A DNA stretch of 63,940 nt, counting the filler, from Collodictyon triciliatum (Eukaryota), in assembly GCA_043381765.1 (NCBI GenBank). It is 11 parts of 11 records of this genome, joined end to end, with 100 filler letters (N's around TTAATTAATTAA, not from the genome) between each part and the next. Parts side by side here need not be neighbours in the genome. Positions count along the whole stretch, not along the records: positions 36,614 to 42,616 come from JBHJMP010004777.1; positions 42,717 to 48,712 come from JBHJMP010004780.1; positions 48,813 to 54,807 come from JBHJMP010004781.1; 8 more parts are not named here. The stretch is one strand, 5' to 3'. The first letter of the stretch is position 1; every line of letters begins with the position of its first letter. Below, in pieces: positions 36,514 through 49,712 of this stretch. The notes under the pieces are model-generated. The model was not told where the DNA came from and did no database searches. It was given only the letters and a program-made list of their open reading frames with translations. The translations under genes and the position numbers were made by a program.

Positions 36514-39500
36514 NNNNNNNNNNNNNNNNNNNNNNNNNNNNNNNNNNNNNNNNNNNNTTAATTAATTAANNNNNNNNNNNNNNNNNNNNNNNNNNNNNNN
36601 NNNNNNNNNNNNNTTGTGTCTATTTATCAAATATTATCGATTTTTCATGTGATATAAAGTTGATACGATGAAAATAATGCATCATTTATAAAATTAAATC
36701 AACACAAACATATTGCGTAGGAAAAAATGAATGAATTTTTTAGTGTATAAATTTATATTCATTATTTGATTTTATAATTTTCATATGAACTGTCTTATAT
36801 TTTTTACTTTCCTTGTAATATCTCAATCTCATATCAGTAAACCACTTGTCTTTTCGTACACACATATATCTTAATTCACTATTTATAATCCTCTCTCATT
36901 TTTCAATATCAAATAAACCAGATAAATAATCTATCATTCAGCATCTCAGGATATTCACCGATAAGCTAAAACGTATGATTGCAAATACAAATGAATTTTG
37001 ATAGATAAGAGTATCATGTGTTTGTGCTTCATATGAGTTGATTAATGACTAAAATAATTAAAAGAGAATGACACTATTTGCATAAAATCATCGTGCCGGC
37101 TAGAACTTTAGTCATTCCTAAAATTATAATGTCAGTTCCAAATTGGAAAAAAAAGTTCTTGGTTGTTGCATTCGTATAAATTGTTATTCATCATGATAAT
37201 GAAAAATGTTAGGATGAGAACCATTTATTCGAATCCTCTTAGTGTTAACCATATAATTACACAGTAATTAATCAAACAACCAGAGGTTAAAACAGCCATA
37301 TTATTAGATAATTTATATTGAATCAATTATTAAAGAAACCCTGTTTGATTGACAATGACAAATAATTATTATATGAGAAAAATGATATCGCCCTTCCAAA
37401 TGGATTCCGATAAAATTTGTTCTGGATTTAAAAGTCTAAAATTGAGTATATGAAATCTCCCTTCAGTTAGCTGGATTATTAATTGTTTTAGAACTATGCT
37501 TACTCATGAAGCACAACCATCTATGTATATGGAAATGGCGGCCAAGCGACGAGTCTCATCCTAATATTCGGTAAACTTACATTAACAACTGATTGAAACG
37601 CCAAAATATGTATTGTGAGAGCTGGGTATCATCTCTAAGAGGTTCAATGATTAGCAATAAGTTTCACTATAGATTTGCATGTATCTGTTTCATCGTGATT
37701 ATTTCATTCTCTATAAGATGGCTCTTAATCGTGTATTCAAATCAACCAACTATCTTAAAAATCCAATCGTATGTCAGTTCCCATATTCATATTATTCATT
37801 AAATCAAATCCAAAGCACTGAAAGTTATATCGATAAAAATTTGACTATATTCTTTTGACTATTAATAGCGGTATGTTTTATGTAAATCTTATATTTCATT
37901 GAGCTCTAAACCATGTGATTTTTAAGTTTCTTTGGAATCCAAGATAAAACCAGTGTTTATAAAAAGCTAAAACTCATTATGATACAAATATAAAAAAAAC
38001 GCATTGATATTATTCAATTTACAATCACAATCATTTCAAGAGATATTTTAGAACTGAAAGTTTAGCTATTCAATTGGTTTACATTTCTATCAATGCAGAC
38101 AAATTGAATCCTAATATTTGAACATTTGATAAAAAAAATGAATAATATATATTATCAATAAAATTGTGTATGCATTAATACTTGTACTCAGCCATATTGT
38201 GACCGAATAGGAATAAACCGAACAATATCAAGGACTCATTAAAATGATTGAATCACCAATATGAAACAATCATAGAACTCATACTGTATGTGGTGGATTA
38301 AATAATTAAATCATTAAGAAATCAACATAAATATACGAAAATAATTTATATGCATAAAAAGGATTTTTTTAATATATTTGAACGATGGTAATCGCAAAAC
38401 AAAAAAAGGGCGTGGACCGTCTACCATATCCTTGGTTAGTCGGGGCAACATAATAATACATATCACAAATACCTTTTCATTACCTCTGATTCATTTGGAA
38501 TTGGAAGGGGGAGGGTGGGTTTGTTGGATTTGATAAACCGACATCTAAATAATCAAGGGAGAATATTGGACTAATTTAGATAATTTAACAACGATTAATT
38601 ATCAAACAGGTTTCTTTATTGAGCGGTAAACCTACAAATCATTTCACTTGGAGAAACGAACAAGGTCTAGTTAGGTGAGGGGTATGGGTGTGAAGCTGTG
38701 GACAAAATATTGCAGGTCGGTCAAGGGGAGGGGTGGTGTATCATTCAGCGGCAAACTGGTTTTTAGCGGGGATGGTATTTGTTTTTCGATTTGGATATTA
38801 GAATGGTTTATATTTTGGTTAGTTGGTTTTTTTTAATTCATATTTGATGCAAAAGTGTATATATTCATTTAATTAAAAGGGAATATAAAATATGGATACC
38901 AAGAATCCTGCAGATAACAAACACTTTCTAGTAGATACGTAATTTAAAGAATTTTTGTAAATTTAGAATTCATAAGGCGATACGTAATAAGATTATTATA
39001 AATACCAACGACATAGCGATGCAGATTCTGTATGCAGACCATTCATCTCGATTAAAATTTATTAGCGAATATATAGCTTATATTATTGTATTTATTTTAA
39101 ATATTACAATATTAATTCCATGTATTTTATGTTAGGATAAAATCTATCAACTGAATAATGAAATAACTAGCATGGCCAGACTCCGATGATGATTCTTAAT
39201 TTTATAGATTTTGTTCTATAATTAGTATAGTTTTACTAATGAAATATTTTTAATTATAAACTATTCGACTTATTGCATGCTGTATTTTATATGTTAAATA
39301 GGCAATGTTTTCAAATAAGATTAACCCTCCTTACCGCAAAAAGGATAAATGACTCTTGATTAGAGAAATTTACAACGAATATGATTTTTTATTTTTTTGT
39401 CATGAATGACTGGACAAAGACATACTTACATCCACACACAACACAACCCAAAAACCCCACCGTACGTTCTTAGACCTTTACTTCAGACCATCGGGAAAAC

Positions 39501-42500
39501 TAGGAGCCGCCGATCCACCACCCCTCCACCCACCTCCAAGTAGTAGATCGAAACAGTTCCCTTTCCCACAGATTTTGTCTAATGTCCCTTCCAATTGCAA
39601 CTGTATCTGAGTTTTGTCTATGACTTAAGTTTGAACATTCTCATTCAAGATTAATAATTAGCGCTTAATATGGTAGATGGAATAAAATAATGGGCTTTTT
39701 CAGCATGTCCATGAATTTGTCAGATTGAAAAATTTATCAAAACGAGACCTAAATTAAGAATGAAGTTTGATTGATAATCTGCTAAAAATTAGGCTTTACA
39801 CACATGTACTTAAAATGTGCGTATTTGGTTTTTCTATCGTTGAATATCAAACATGTGACGAATTTTCTGTGATACAAATTTAAAATTTTTCGTGCTTTTC
39901 ACTTATGAAAAGAATTAGAAGGTAAAATTAGACAAGAATCATACTTTTTTGCTATCAGAATCTTGGTCAATCTGGCCCAAAGATTGCACTATTCTTTGTA
40001 ATGCCCTAAAAGTTTTAATTATGTGTTTCTTTTATTATTATAAAAATTAGATTAATGGTACTTGAAACCTTGAAATAAATTTCCTTTCGATGCTATGAAT
40101 TGGCTTGGTCAACTCACTGTATGACTTGTTTATCAACAAAAAATGAGAGCTCCAGAATTCCTTTTACGAAGAAATGGAATGACAGATGACCCCTTTCTGA
40201 AAGTTCATGCAGTGCTATTATAAATGGTTTTTTTTTGAGTTCATCCTGAGAAATAATCAAAACATTTAAATAGTTGAAAATTTTGTCCTGGTCTTCCTCA
40301 TGCAAGCACAAGACCCAGGCTACAGGCCAAACCACAGGATGCAATTCCTGAATACCGATTACTTCTATGCCACCCGGCAACCAAGTAGCGCCCATACAAA
40401 CGATGGCTAGCGAACCAAAGCCAACATCCCCACCGTCCTGCACAAAATGGAATGGAAGAAAAAAAAAGGTCGAAAATATTGTATTAATCATATAGATTGT
40501 TTTGTATCAATGAAACCCCCTTTAATATCGTTGAAATTAACTCATGATTGATTTTTTCCAATTTAGCTATTTTTAATTCATACATCACACAATATCATAT
40601 ATGCCTTATGAAAAGTAAAGGTAAAAATTAACTGAGATGTTAAGTATCAGAATCTACCGTTTATTTGGAATCATAAAAATACCTGTAGAGATTTTCCCAA
40701 ATATGTGTCATACCTGAATCTGGTTCATTAAAGTATGATTTTGAGATTCAAGGAGTCAAGTTGAACGGATGAATATCTTCAGACTATAAGAATGGATAAT
40801 TTATTAATTATGTTTCCAAAATTTTGACTTATATTGCAGTTGCCAATTCAAAAAATAAAGGAACATTTCTTCGGAGTCTGCAAAAAATAATATACAATAT
40901 TCTTGCCGGTTCCGCTAATGCCTATGCTGAAGAAGTTATGCTGGTTTGTCGGCTGTTATATGCTATCCCTTGAATACTAGACATACATAAATCAAGGGTA
41001 TTGGATTTAGAGTTTAATAGAATGAACGAATATAAAGGAACATGATCGGAAAGGAGAGCAGGGTAGTCGCGTGCACTTTCGCCCCAGGGAGAGTTTGGCC
41101 TCTGATCAAATTGAAGTCAGAGTCCTTGGTAATCGCACCTCCTAAAAGTTGCAACTATTCTCGACCATATCGGTTGTATATTGACGAGCCACAAATCCAG
41201 ATTCCATACGCTGCTGGCCTGAATCCCTTAACCGACACGTGCCACTGCTTTCGACCAAGATGCAACAACTACGGCGTCCTGTAAAAAATTTTTTAAAACC
41301 CCCTTCATTCACTTGTATCGAATAAACGAAAATATGCATAAACAAGGGATTTATTTTTCCACCAATAGGCGAATCCCATGATAAAGGTTGAGTTGAGAAG
41401 AGAACAGCAAACATATCAAAAACCAACCTGAAAGCAAATCCAATATCTAAGAGACGCTCTTAAAGTCTACGTTTGAAGGATCTCCATCGAAGTGATCTTA
41501 CTGTGAGGGTAGAGCAACCAGAGATTCAATCGCCCCGAAGATCCCAGAAAGCATCACAAACTGCATGAGATTGGAATAGAATTCACTTAAAATTCTTAGT
41601 AACAGCGAATTGACAAATCAGCTAAAGCTTCGATAAAAAATAATAAAAAAAGGGATATTTCATATAGTGTGGATGCATGGCCAACAATCTTTTGCAACAG
41701 AAAGGCTCGGAAATCCGGAATAGTCCCAGCTCTCCTTGGCTCGCGAATAGTTGTAATGATAAGGGCCCTAAAACCTTTGCAGGGAGGAGGAATAGTTGAA
41801 TTTAATTTTATTTGAGTATGTAGATGAGTTTTCATGTGTTTTGAGTTTTGGTCGGTTCGTGCGTAACATAACTTAGGGATTATGCTGGGCAAGACTAGAG
41901 CCAATCACATGAAGTTTTGTTGAAGGGGCTCATCTTTGGCCCGTTCTTGTTTCTTTTATTATTTTTTTGCCGGCTTTTGATAGACTACCCCATTCTCGAT
42001 AAAGTCTTCTGACTTTCTGACATAGGTAAAAGACTTAGTGTAAAGCTCCGCTTTTTTTAATAGAAAATGAAGGTACGTTTTCATGTTGTATTATTCAGTT
42101 TGCTTGACCTTATGTTGATCGGTGGCTTGTTAAAAATAATAAGTGTCCAAGCAAAAGGGATTAAATAGATCAGTTGTATTGTGCTGGTCTTTGACTTTGG
42201 TTCTTGGCTGTCTGTGTGCTTTCGTTGGTAGAAATGTGCTTGTGCTGATGTTGAAGGTGTGTGTCTTTAATGTGTGCTTATGATTCGAGTCTGAAGTTGC
42301 TCTTGCCGATTTGAAAGAGTTGTTCGGAGGTTGAAGTACAAAGACATGGGTAAATTTAGTTTTCTTATTACAAATTTTAGTCGCGCAGAGAAATCCAAAG
42401 CAAAAAACATAGGAAGGTGATGGACGGAGCGAAGGGGAAAAAATGGGGCTAGTGTCTTGGATATCTGAATAAGCGGGTTAGTGATTGTCTTCAAAGTTAA

Positions 42501-42869
42501 TATAGCTAGGAATATGAAAATGAATGCACATATTGCAAACCAATCCATCTCTTCCATCACACTATCAACTCTTTATCGATTCTTTTTTTTTTTTAATAAC
42601 TGCCTTTGAACAGAGGNNNNNNNNNNNNNNNNNNNNNNNNNNNNNNNNNNNNNNNNNNNNTTAATTAATTAANNNNNNNNNNNNNNNNNNNNNNNNNNNN
42701 NNNNNNNNNNNNNNNNTTTCTTTCTTCTTTTTTCTTTTTTCTTTTTTCTTTTTTCTTTTTTCTTTTTTCTTTTTTCTTTTTTCTTTTTTCTTTTTTCTTT
42801 TTTCTTTTTTCTTTTATTTTTATTCACATGAATCAAGCCTAGAAGGCGCAATAAATAATGATTTAAGAC

Positions 42870-42909
42870 CTTTGGCTTTCTTGAAAAGATCTTGGAAGAA
42901 AACAGGCAT
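42870..42909 (-). CDS. Probable first coding exon of VDAC/mitochondrial porin (rest lies off the scaffold)
   Basis: MPVFFQDLFKKAK followed by a phase-1 GT donor resembles the VDAC N-terminal helix (P..F.DL.K.A.D). Only 13 codons, so the call is weak. Confidence 0.45.
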
Positions 42910-44051
42910 TTTGCGGCGGACAGGCGAACCTGGAAATGCGAGAGGGAGAGTGTGTGTGAGTTTGCCGGCGGAGACAACAGAACAATGCGCTGGGGCAGAG
43001 TCTGAGCAGAGTGGACGGGGAAAAATGCTGCCGTGTTCCACAAGTGTGCCTTTGGGATGCCTGTCGAACATGTGGGGTTTGACTCGCTCTCTTTCTGCAG
43101 AGCATACCAGAGCCTTTCACAAGAGCTGATGCGTAGAAGTCTGCGCCCGAGTCAAAAAGAAAAAACATGGATTCAATCTGCGATCATGACAATTCAAAAT
43201 TTTAAATGTGGAAACTATAGTATAACGCTAAAAATTTTGATTTCGGAGCACAAATATCATAATAGGCTAATTCATACAGCATCTGTATTTCCTGGACACA
43301 TAAAACTGACCATGACATTTGTAACTGTTGAAAATTATGCTCGAGAAAAACTATTCAACCATCCTCTGCATGCAGCATCATCAGGCTTGTCGTTTGCTGG
43401 TGAATTCGAGGCCAGACGCGCATAAGCAGAGGAAAGGCGATCGCGCAAAAGCCGCTGAACCGTTCTTGCGCCTCTGGCCTGTCTCTCTCATTCCCACCGC
43501 AGAGCAGACGCAAAGGCAAAGGCAAACGCAAGAAGCATCCCACTGCTCCCGGCAAGAGGCAACAGAACACAGACAAGCGCGAGGCGAGCAGCATGTGGCT
43601 GAACTGTGGTTGGGGACGAAACAAGACAAACCCTGCGAAGTGAGATCTTTTTTCTTCTTATGGACAAAGATGGATGCAAAACAATCCCCTGCCTAAGTTT
43701 TTTTCTACAGAATCGATGATGGCGAGCCAGCGAAGCCGGAGACACAAGCACAAACCAAGGTGACACAACTCGCACCGTGCACTATATTTTCCACTTTTGC
43801 CAATTGTGCGATCTTTGTTCAAAGACGGCTTGTATTTTTCTTTCAAATCATCAATGAAATGAATCAAGTTGAAGCAAGAAGCACGAAAGACGAAAGACAA
43901 AAGACAAAAGACAAAAGACAAAAGACAAAAGACAAAAGACAAAAGACAAAAGACAAAAGACAAAAGACAAAAGACAAAAGACAAAAGACAAAGTGATATT
44001 ATCACCAGCCCCTTCCTCAAAGCCTCACCACAGCCCGTAGAGAAACAAGCC

Positions 44052-47000
44052 ATGGCCGAAGAAAGCAGTGTTGTTGTGCAGCGCAAAACCATGCTGATCT
44101 GCATCGACGGTTGGGGACTTTCCGACAAGAGCGAAGGCAACGCGATCCTCCACGCGAAAACCCCGGTGATGGACAAACTCGCTGCCGAATATCCCTACGC
44201 GAAGCTCGATGCCTCCGGCTACTCGGTCGGTCTTCCTGCTGGCGTCATGGGAAACAGCGAGGTCAGTTTTCATACAAGAAGAGAAAAAGCAGACAAAAAA
44301 TAGCCTTCTTAAATATCACATATAAAAAAAAGAAAAAAGAAAGAAGAAAGGGGGCTTTCTTATCATTTGCCCTTTCCCCTCTATATTTATTATATGTCGC
44401 TCTGTTTCTGTAGGTCGGCCATTTGACGATAGGTTCGGGCCGTGCCGAGTATCAGGTCAGCCCCTTTCCAGTGTATACATGTGTATTTGTGAAAGGGATA
44501 GTGATCGGCCGTTATCACATGTGAATGTAATTCCGACCACACATGCACAGGATCTTGTCCTCATCGACCTTTCAATCGAGCGTGGCCAGTTGGCTTCAAA
44601 GCCGGCCTTTGCAGAGGCGCTGCTCCGAGCAAAGCAGGGCAACGGGCGCATCCATTTTCTCGGGCTGCTCAGTGACGGCGGCGTGCACAGCCACATCCGC
44701 CATCTGTTGTCCATGTTGGAGGAGACCAAGAAGGCGCAAGTGCCGGAGTGCTTTATTCAGGTGTGAATATGTAGTTGAATATGTAGTTGAATATGTAGTT
44801 GAATATGTAGTTGAATATGTAGTTGAATATGTAGTTGAATATGTAGTTGAATATGTGATTGAATATGTAGTTGAATATGTGATTGAATGTGTGATTGAAT
44901 GTGTAGTTGAATATGTAGTTGAATATGTAGTTGAATATGTAGTTGAATATGTAGTTGAATATGTAGTTGAATATGTAGTTGAATATGTGATTGAATGTGT
45001 GATTGAATGTGTGATTGAATGTGTGATTGAATGTGTGATTGAATGTGTGATTGAATGTGTGATTGAATGTGTGATTGAATGTGTGGTTGAATATCTGTGC
45101 GGTATTCGCACCTCACCTATTTCTTCCTTATCCTTATATTTTTTTAAGCAAAAAATGAAATTGGTGATGTATGATGAGCATTTTTTTTAAAAACAATACT
45201 TGCAATCTGCCGATCTCATCGTAGGTATTCACCGATGGCCGTGATACTCCACCAAATAGCTGCCCAAAGTACATTACAGAGTTGCAGCAGCACTTGGATG
45301 CCAACAGCTATGGTGAAATCGCCACAGTAGTCGGAAGGTAGCATCTCTCTTGAACCATAATCAGTCTCTCAATTCATTCAACACATCTACTAATGTTAGC
45401 ATGTCATTTAAATTGTGTTCTCATATGTGCACAAAAGATACTATGCCATGGACCGTGACAAGAGATGGGAGCGCGTGCATATCGCTGTGAAAGCAATGAT
45501 TGCTGTGAGTCACACGATGTTTATTTTAATTACCTACTTTCTTCTCTTTCAAGGTTGCATTTTTTTTTATTTATTATTTAACCATCGATCAATCCGTATG
45601 CTAATATAATATCTATTATTGCTTTAGTAAAGACATTTTAACAAGGTGTATGTGAAAAAACAATCGGATCAGTTAAAATATAATGAATCCTTCCGTATTT
45701 CCTTCTTTTTTTTCTTTTTAACATCGCGTGATTATACCCCAGGGAGATGGAGAATCTACGGACAAAAATGGCCTCCTTGCCGTTATTGCTGCGCGCCACG
45801 CAGCCAACGAGACGGACGAGTTTTTGAAGCCAATTATTGTGAATGGCCAAAAAGGAAGAATCCAGTCTGTTCTTCTCTGCCTCATATATTCTCTTCTCTT
45901 GTCTTCTCTTCATTTTTTTTTATAGTAAAGCGACTCCAATTTCTTTTCAAACTGTTTGTACATTTCACAACTGGAATGTCACGAGGCCTTCCGCGGTGAT
46001 ACAATATAATTTTTTTTTTTGTCCTCTCTCTTTTTTCCTCTTTCCTGCGTCATAGGGCTGGAGACACTCTTGTTTTTATCGACTTCAGATCCGACCGCAT
46101 GCGCGAAATCGTCGAAGTTCTTGGTGTAAAGCCGCCATATGACACTGAAGGACTCGAAATCCCGGCCAACATCCAAGTCGTTTGCATGACCCAGTACAAG
46201 AAGGACTTCCCTCTTCCAATCATCTTCCCAAAGGTAAAGCCGCCCTCAACATGACGCTCGATAGTTTATGTCTTATCCCCCGGTGTTGTAAGGAATTCCC
46301 TATGCGATATTCGAGGATGTTGAGATATTAGTCTGTTTGCTTATGTCTTTTTTTCATTTATCACCATTGCAGCCCACGATGGACAACGTCCTTGCCGAAT
46401 GGCTGAGCAAGCATAAAGTCCGTCAATTCCACACAGCGGAGACTGAAAAGTACGCCCACGTGACATTCTTTTTCAACGGAGGCCGCGAAGCCGCATTTGA
46501 TGGGGAAGACCGCCATCTGGTGCCTTNNNNNNNNNNNNNNNNNNNNNNNNNNNNNNNNNNNNNNNNNNNNNNNNNNNNNNNNNNNNNNNNNNNNNNNNNN
46601 NNNNNNNNNNNNNNNNNNNNNNNNNNNNNNNNNNNNNNNNNNNNNNNNNNNNNNNNNNNNNNNNNNNNNNNNNNNNNNNNNNNNNNNNNNNNNNNNNNNN
46701 NNNNNNNNNNNNNNNNNNNNNNNNNNNNNNNNNNNNNNNNNNNNNNNNNNNNNNNNNNNNNNNNNNNNNNNNNNNNNNNNNNNNNNNNNNNNNNNNNNNN
46801 NNNNNNNNNNNNNNNNNNNNNNNNNNNNNNNNNNNNNNNNNNNNNNNNNNNNNNNNNNNNNNNNNNNNNNNNNNNNNNNNNNNNNNNNNNNNNNNNNNNN
46901 NNNNNNNNNNNNNNNNNNNNNNNNNNNNNNNNNNNNNNNNNNNNNNNNNNNNNNNNNNNNNNNNNNNNNNNNNNNNNNNTTTGTTGTCTGCAACTTTGCT

Positions 47001-47688
47001 CCGCCTGACATGGTTGGACACACAGGAAAGTATGACCCCGCCGTTCTCGGTGTGGAGGCGACTGACAAGGTTTCTTTTATTTGCTTCTAATACTGCCATT
47101 TTTTTTTGGTTTTTGTTTGTCATTATAACCTTCCTTTCTTTTTCTTTTTGTTATTGTTCCAGGCAATTGGCGTCATCTATGAAGCATGCATGAAGCACAA
47201 CTACGTCCTGTTTGTAACAGCAGACCACGGAAATGCAGAGGTCCGAGCAGCACATTCATTCCTTTCTCTCTTTCTCTCTTTTCACTCTCTCGCTTTGTTT
47301 CTCTTCCTTTTCCGTTCTAATTGCATGAGCTACGAGACTATCACCCACGATTGAAGCATTTGCATATCTCTCCAAGCACTACACACACAGCGGATAAGTC
47401 AGACGCGTGTCTGCTTGCTCTTGTGCAGTCCTTCTCTTTGTTTCTCTCTCATCATTACATGGTTGTAACTTGGCACTTTGATGGGCTCTGCAAGTGATGA
47501 TTGCGCCCGACGGGACAAACCACACGGCACACACAACCAACCTCGTGCCGTTTGTGATGGCCAGCAAGGACAAGGCCTTCTCGTTCACCCGCGATACTGG
47601 CACTCTGCAGGACGTTGCGCCCACCGTGCTCAAAGTCATGGGCCTGCCCATCCCCGCCGAGATGGAAGGCAAGCCTTTTGTTGCTTAG
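44052..47688 (+). CDS. gpmI: 2,3-bisphosphoglycerate-independent phosphoglycerate mutase (iPGM)
   Basis: Exons 44052-44261, 44414-44455, 44551-44760, 45225-45337, 45438-45504, 45743-45864, 46056-46233, 46373-gap-47069, 47163-47240, 47494-47688. Motifs [77 protein letters not shown]. Confidence 0.97.
44765..45094 (+). repeat. 12-bp intronic minisatellite (GAATATGTAGTT / GAATGTGTGATT variants, ~27 copies)
   Basis: Starts 4 nt after the donor of iPGM intron 3. Confidence 0.95.
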
Positions 47689-48148
47689 TGCCCGGCTCTG
47701 CACCCACAACACAGACACGAAGCATGAAAAAACAAACAAACAAACAAACAAACAAACAAACAAACAAACAAACAAACAAACAAACAAACAAACAAACAAA
47801 CAAACAAACAAACAAACAAATGGAAAAGAAAAAAAAGAAAGGAAAACACAAGACGAAACATAAACGCTGAAACAAAAATACTTACAAATTGTCACCTATT
47901 GACAGGATTGTTTGTCAAGTTTATATACCCAATTAAGTGAATTAAGTTTGCTTTCTTTTATTTATCTTTTTTTTCTTTCAATTTTCTTTTTTTAAAAAGT
48001 CTGAATGATAACAATTAAGTTGGTATTGCTTGCTTGGTTTATTGCTTCTGCGGATAGTCTGCTCCTGTATACTTTTGCTTTGCTTCGCCATTCTACATGC
48101 AAAGTGGGCATACACAGATGTATGGATGCGTATCCGCGTGCCTAAAAC

Positions 48149-48582
48149 TCAGTTAAATCCCTTTGGAATGATACACGACTGGTTTGTTGGGGAGCCGAAA
48201 AGCACAAAGAGCGCGGGCTGCAGCAGCGAAAGGTGGAGACAGATGAACACCATTGCAACAACTTGGACCTGCGAGCATTTGTCCATGAAGGTGTGTGAAA
48301 ACACTTGCATTGCATACAAACGATTGAAGGACAGAGACTCGTGATAGCATCATCTCGTTTGCTTTTGTCTTTTTCTTCTTTTTCTTCTTAAAAAACATGG
48401 ACACCATCATCGCCACAAGGCTTAACACGTCAGAGATCGATTAAAGTATTGCCGTGAAGAATTGGCGGAAGATGGTCGATGTTGCAAAGATGAGGGGAAT
48501 GCAGCCAGCCACGTAGCAGATGGTCGCAAGAAAAACGTTTGGTATTACCGACAGATACGAATTGCGAGTCATTTCCGTGGTG
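48149..48582 (-). CDS. 3' end (last two exons) of a Patched/NPC1/RND-like membrane transporter gene
   Basis: Exon 48582-48453 (SVIPNVFLATICYVAGCIPLIFATSTIFRQFFT), joined through a GC-AG intron to 48268-48149 (VQVVAMVFICLHLSLLQPALFVLFGSP...stop), matches the final three-TM pattern of Patched-family proteins. Confidence 0.6.
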
Positions 48583-48812
48583 CTAAGAGATGATTAAATA
48601 CAATTTAGTGTGTGTGTGTGTATGTATGTATGTATGTATGTATGTATGTATGTATGTATGTATGTATGTATGTATGTATGTATGTATGTATGTATGTATG
48701 TATGTATGTATGNNNNNNNNNNNNNNNNNNNNNNNNNNNNNNNNNNNNNNNNNNNNTTAATTAATTAANNNNNNNNNNNNNNNNNNNNNNNNNNNNNNNN
48801 NNNNNNNNNNNN

Positions 48813-48866
<54 letters not shown>

Positions 48867-48909
48867 GAGCCACAGCATACGTCCCCTCGTGACTGTCCGA
48901 AGAATTCTG

Positions 48910-49500
48910 GGGTAGCGCAACGTTTGAAATTGCAGTCGCGCTGGTTCGGTTAGGAAAAATTAAAGTCAGGAGATGTTTGCTAAATGACTACGTTTTTCTT
49001 CTTCTTTTGCTGGAGGGTACTGAAAGCTTGTGTATATTGTATAGAATCGTGTCGAATGCTAGTCTTGCACCTTCGGGGACCGCAAGATGAAAGCTGTGTT
49101 GTCTGCATATTGAAGTAGCAGTTGGTTGCGTAACTTGTTTTCGATTCTGAAAATGATTTGCGAGACAGACAGCGACCAAGTTGAAGAGCAGTGGTGCAAG
49201 TGGGCAGCCTTGATACACCCCGCTCTGTCTTTGGATTTCATCCGTGGGTCCGTGTGCCATGAGTACCCTCGCTGTTGCATTGTCGTGCAGTTACTTGAAA
49301 AGGCCAGTGAATCGCACATAGAAGCGTCTTCTGTGTAGGATGATTTCCGGTGCTTCGTGGCTCTCATAGTTGTGTGCTTTCTCCAGGCCGTAGAAAATCA
49401 CAGCGTGGGGTACCCCGCTTACTTGATATTCCATGTGCTCGTTGTTGACAACTAAGATGTTTGTGTTGATGTTCCTTCCATTTACGCATGGGACATCCAA
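48910..49500 (-). pseudogene. Decayed non-LTR (LINE, L1/Tx1-like) reverse transcriptase fragment
   Basis: VNGRNINTNI..AVIFYGLEKAHN..SH..GVYQGCPLAPLLFNL..QYADN, with an in-frame stop, a frameshift and a degenerate YADD motif. Confidence 0.88.
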
Positions 49501-49712
49501 AACTGATATCATGTGTACGTTACTGTTTTTTCCCTTTGCAGTCGATTGGCTTTATTGTGTTGTGTTGTTTTTTATTTTAATTTAATTTAATTTAATTTAA
49601 TTTAATTTTGTCAGCTTTCCATTTTGCTCATCACACCAGCGAGAGAAAATCAACTTTGATGTTCGTTTTGTCGAACCTTTGGTTGTTGTGCAGTTTATTT
49701 CGAGAAGATGCT

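Noticed and set aside
37023-39595. Several 11-14-bp inverted matches (37023/37502, 37209/37554, 38498/39585)
   Set aside because: They are not consistently nested or spaced, and are expected by chance in AT-rich DNA.
46126-46244. iPGM intron 7 starts with GTAAAGCCGCC, identical to an 11-mer in the preceding exon
   Set aside because: A single instance; other introns checked show no systematic exon-echo pattern.
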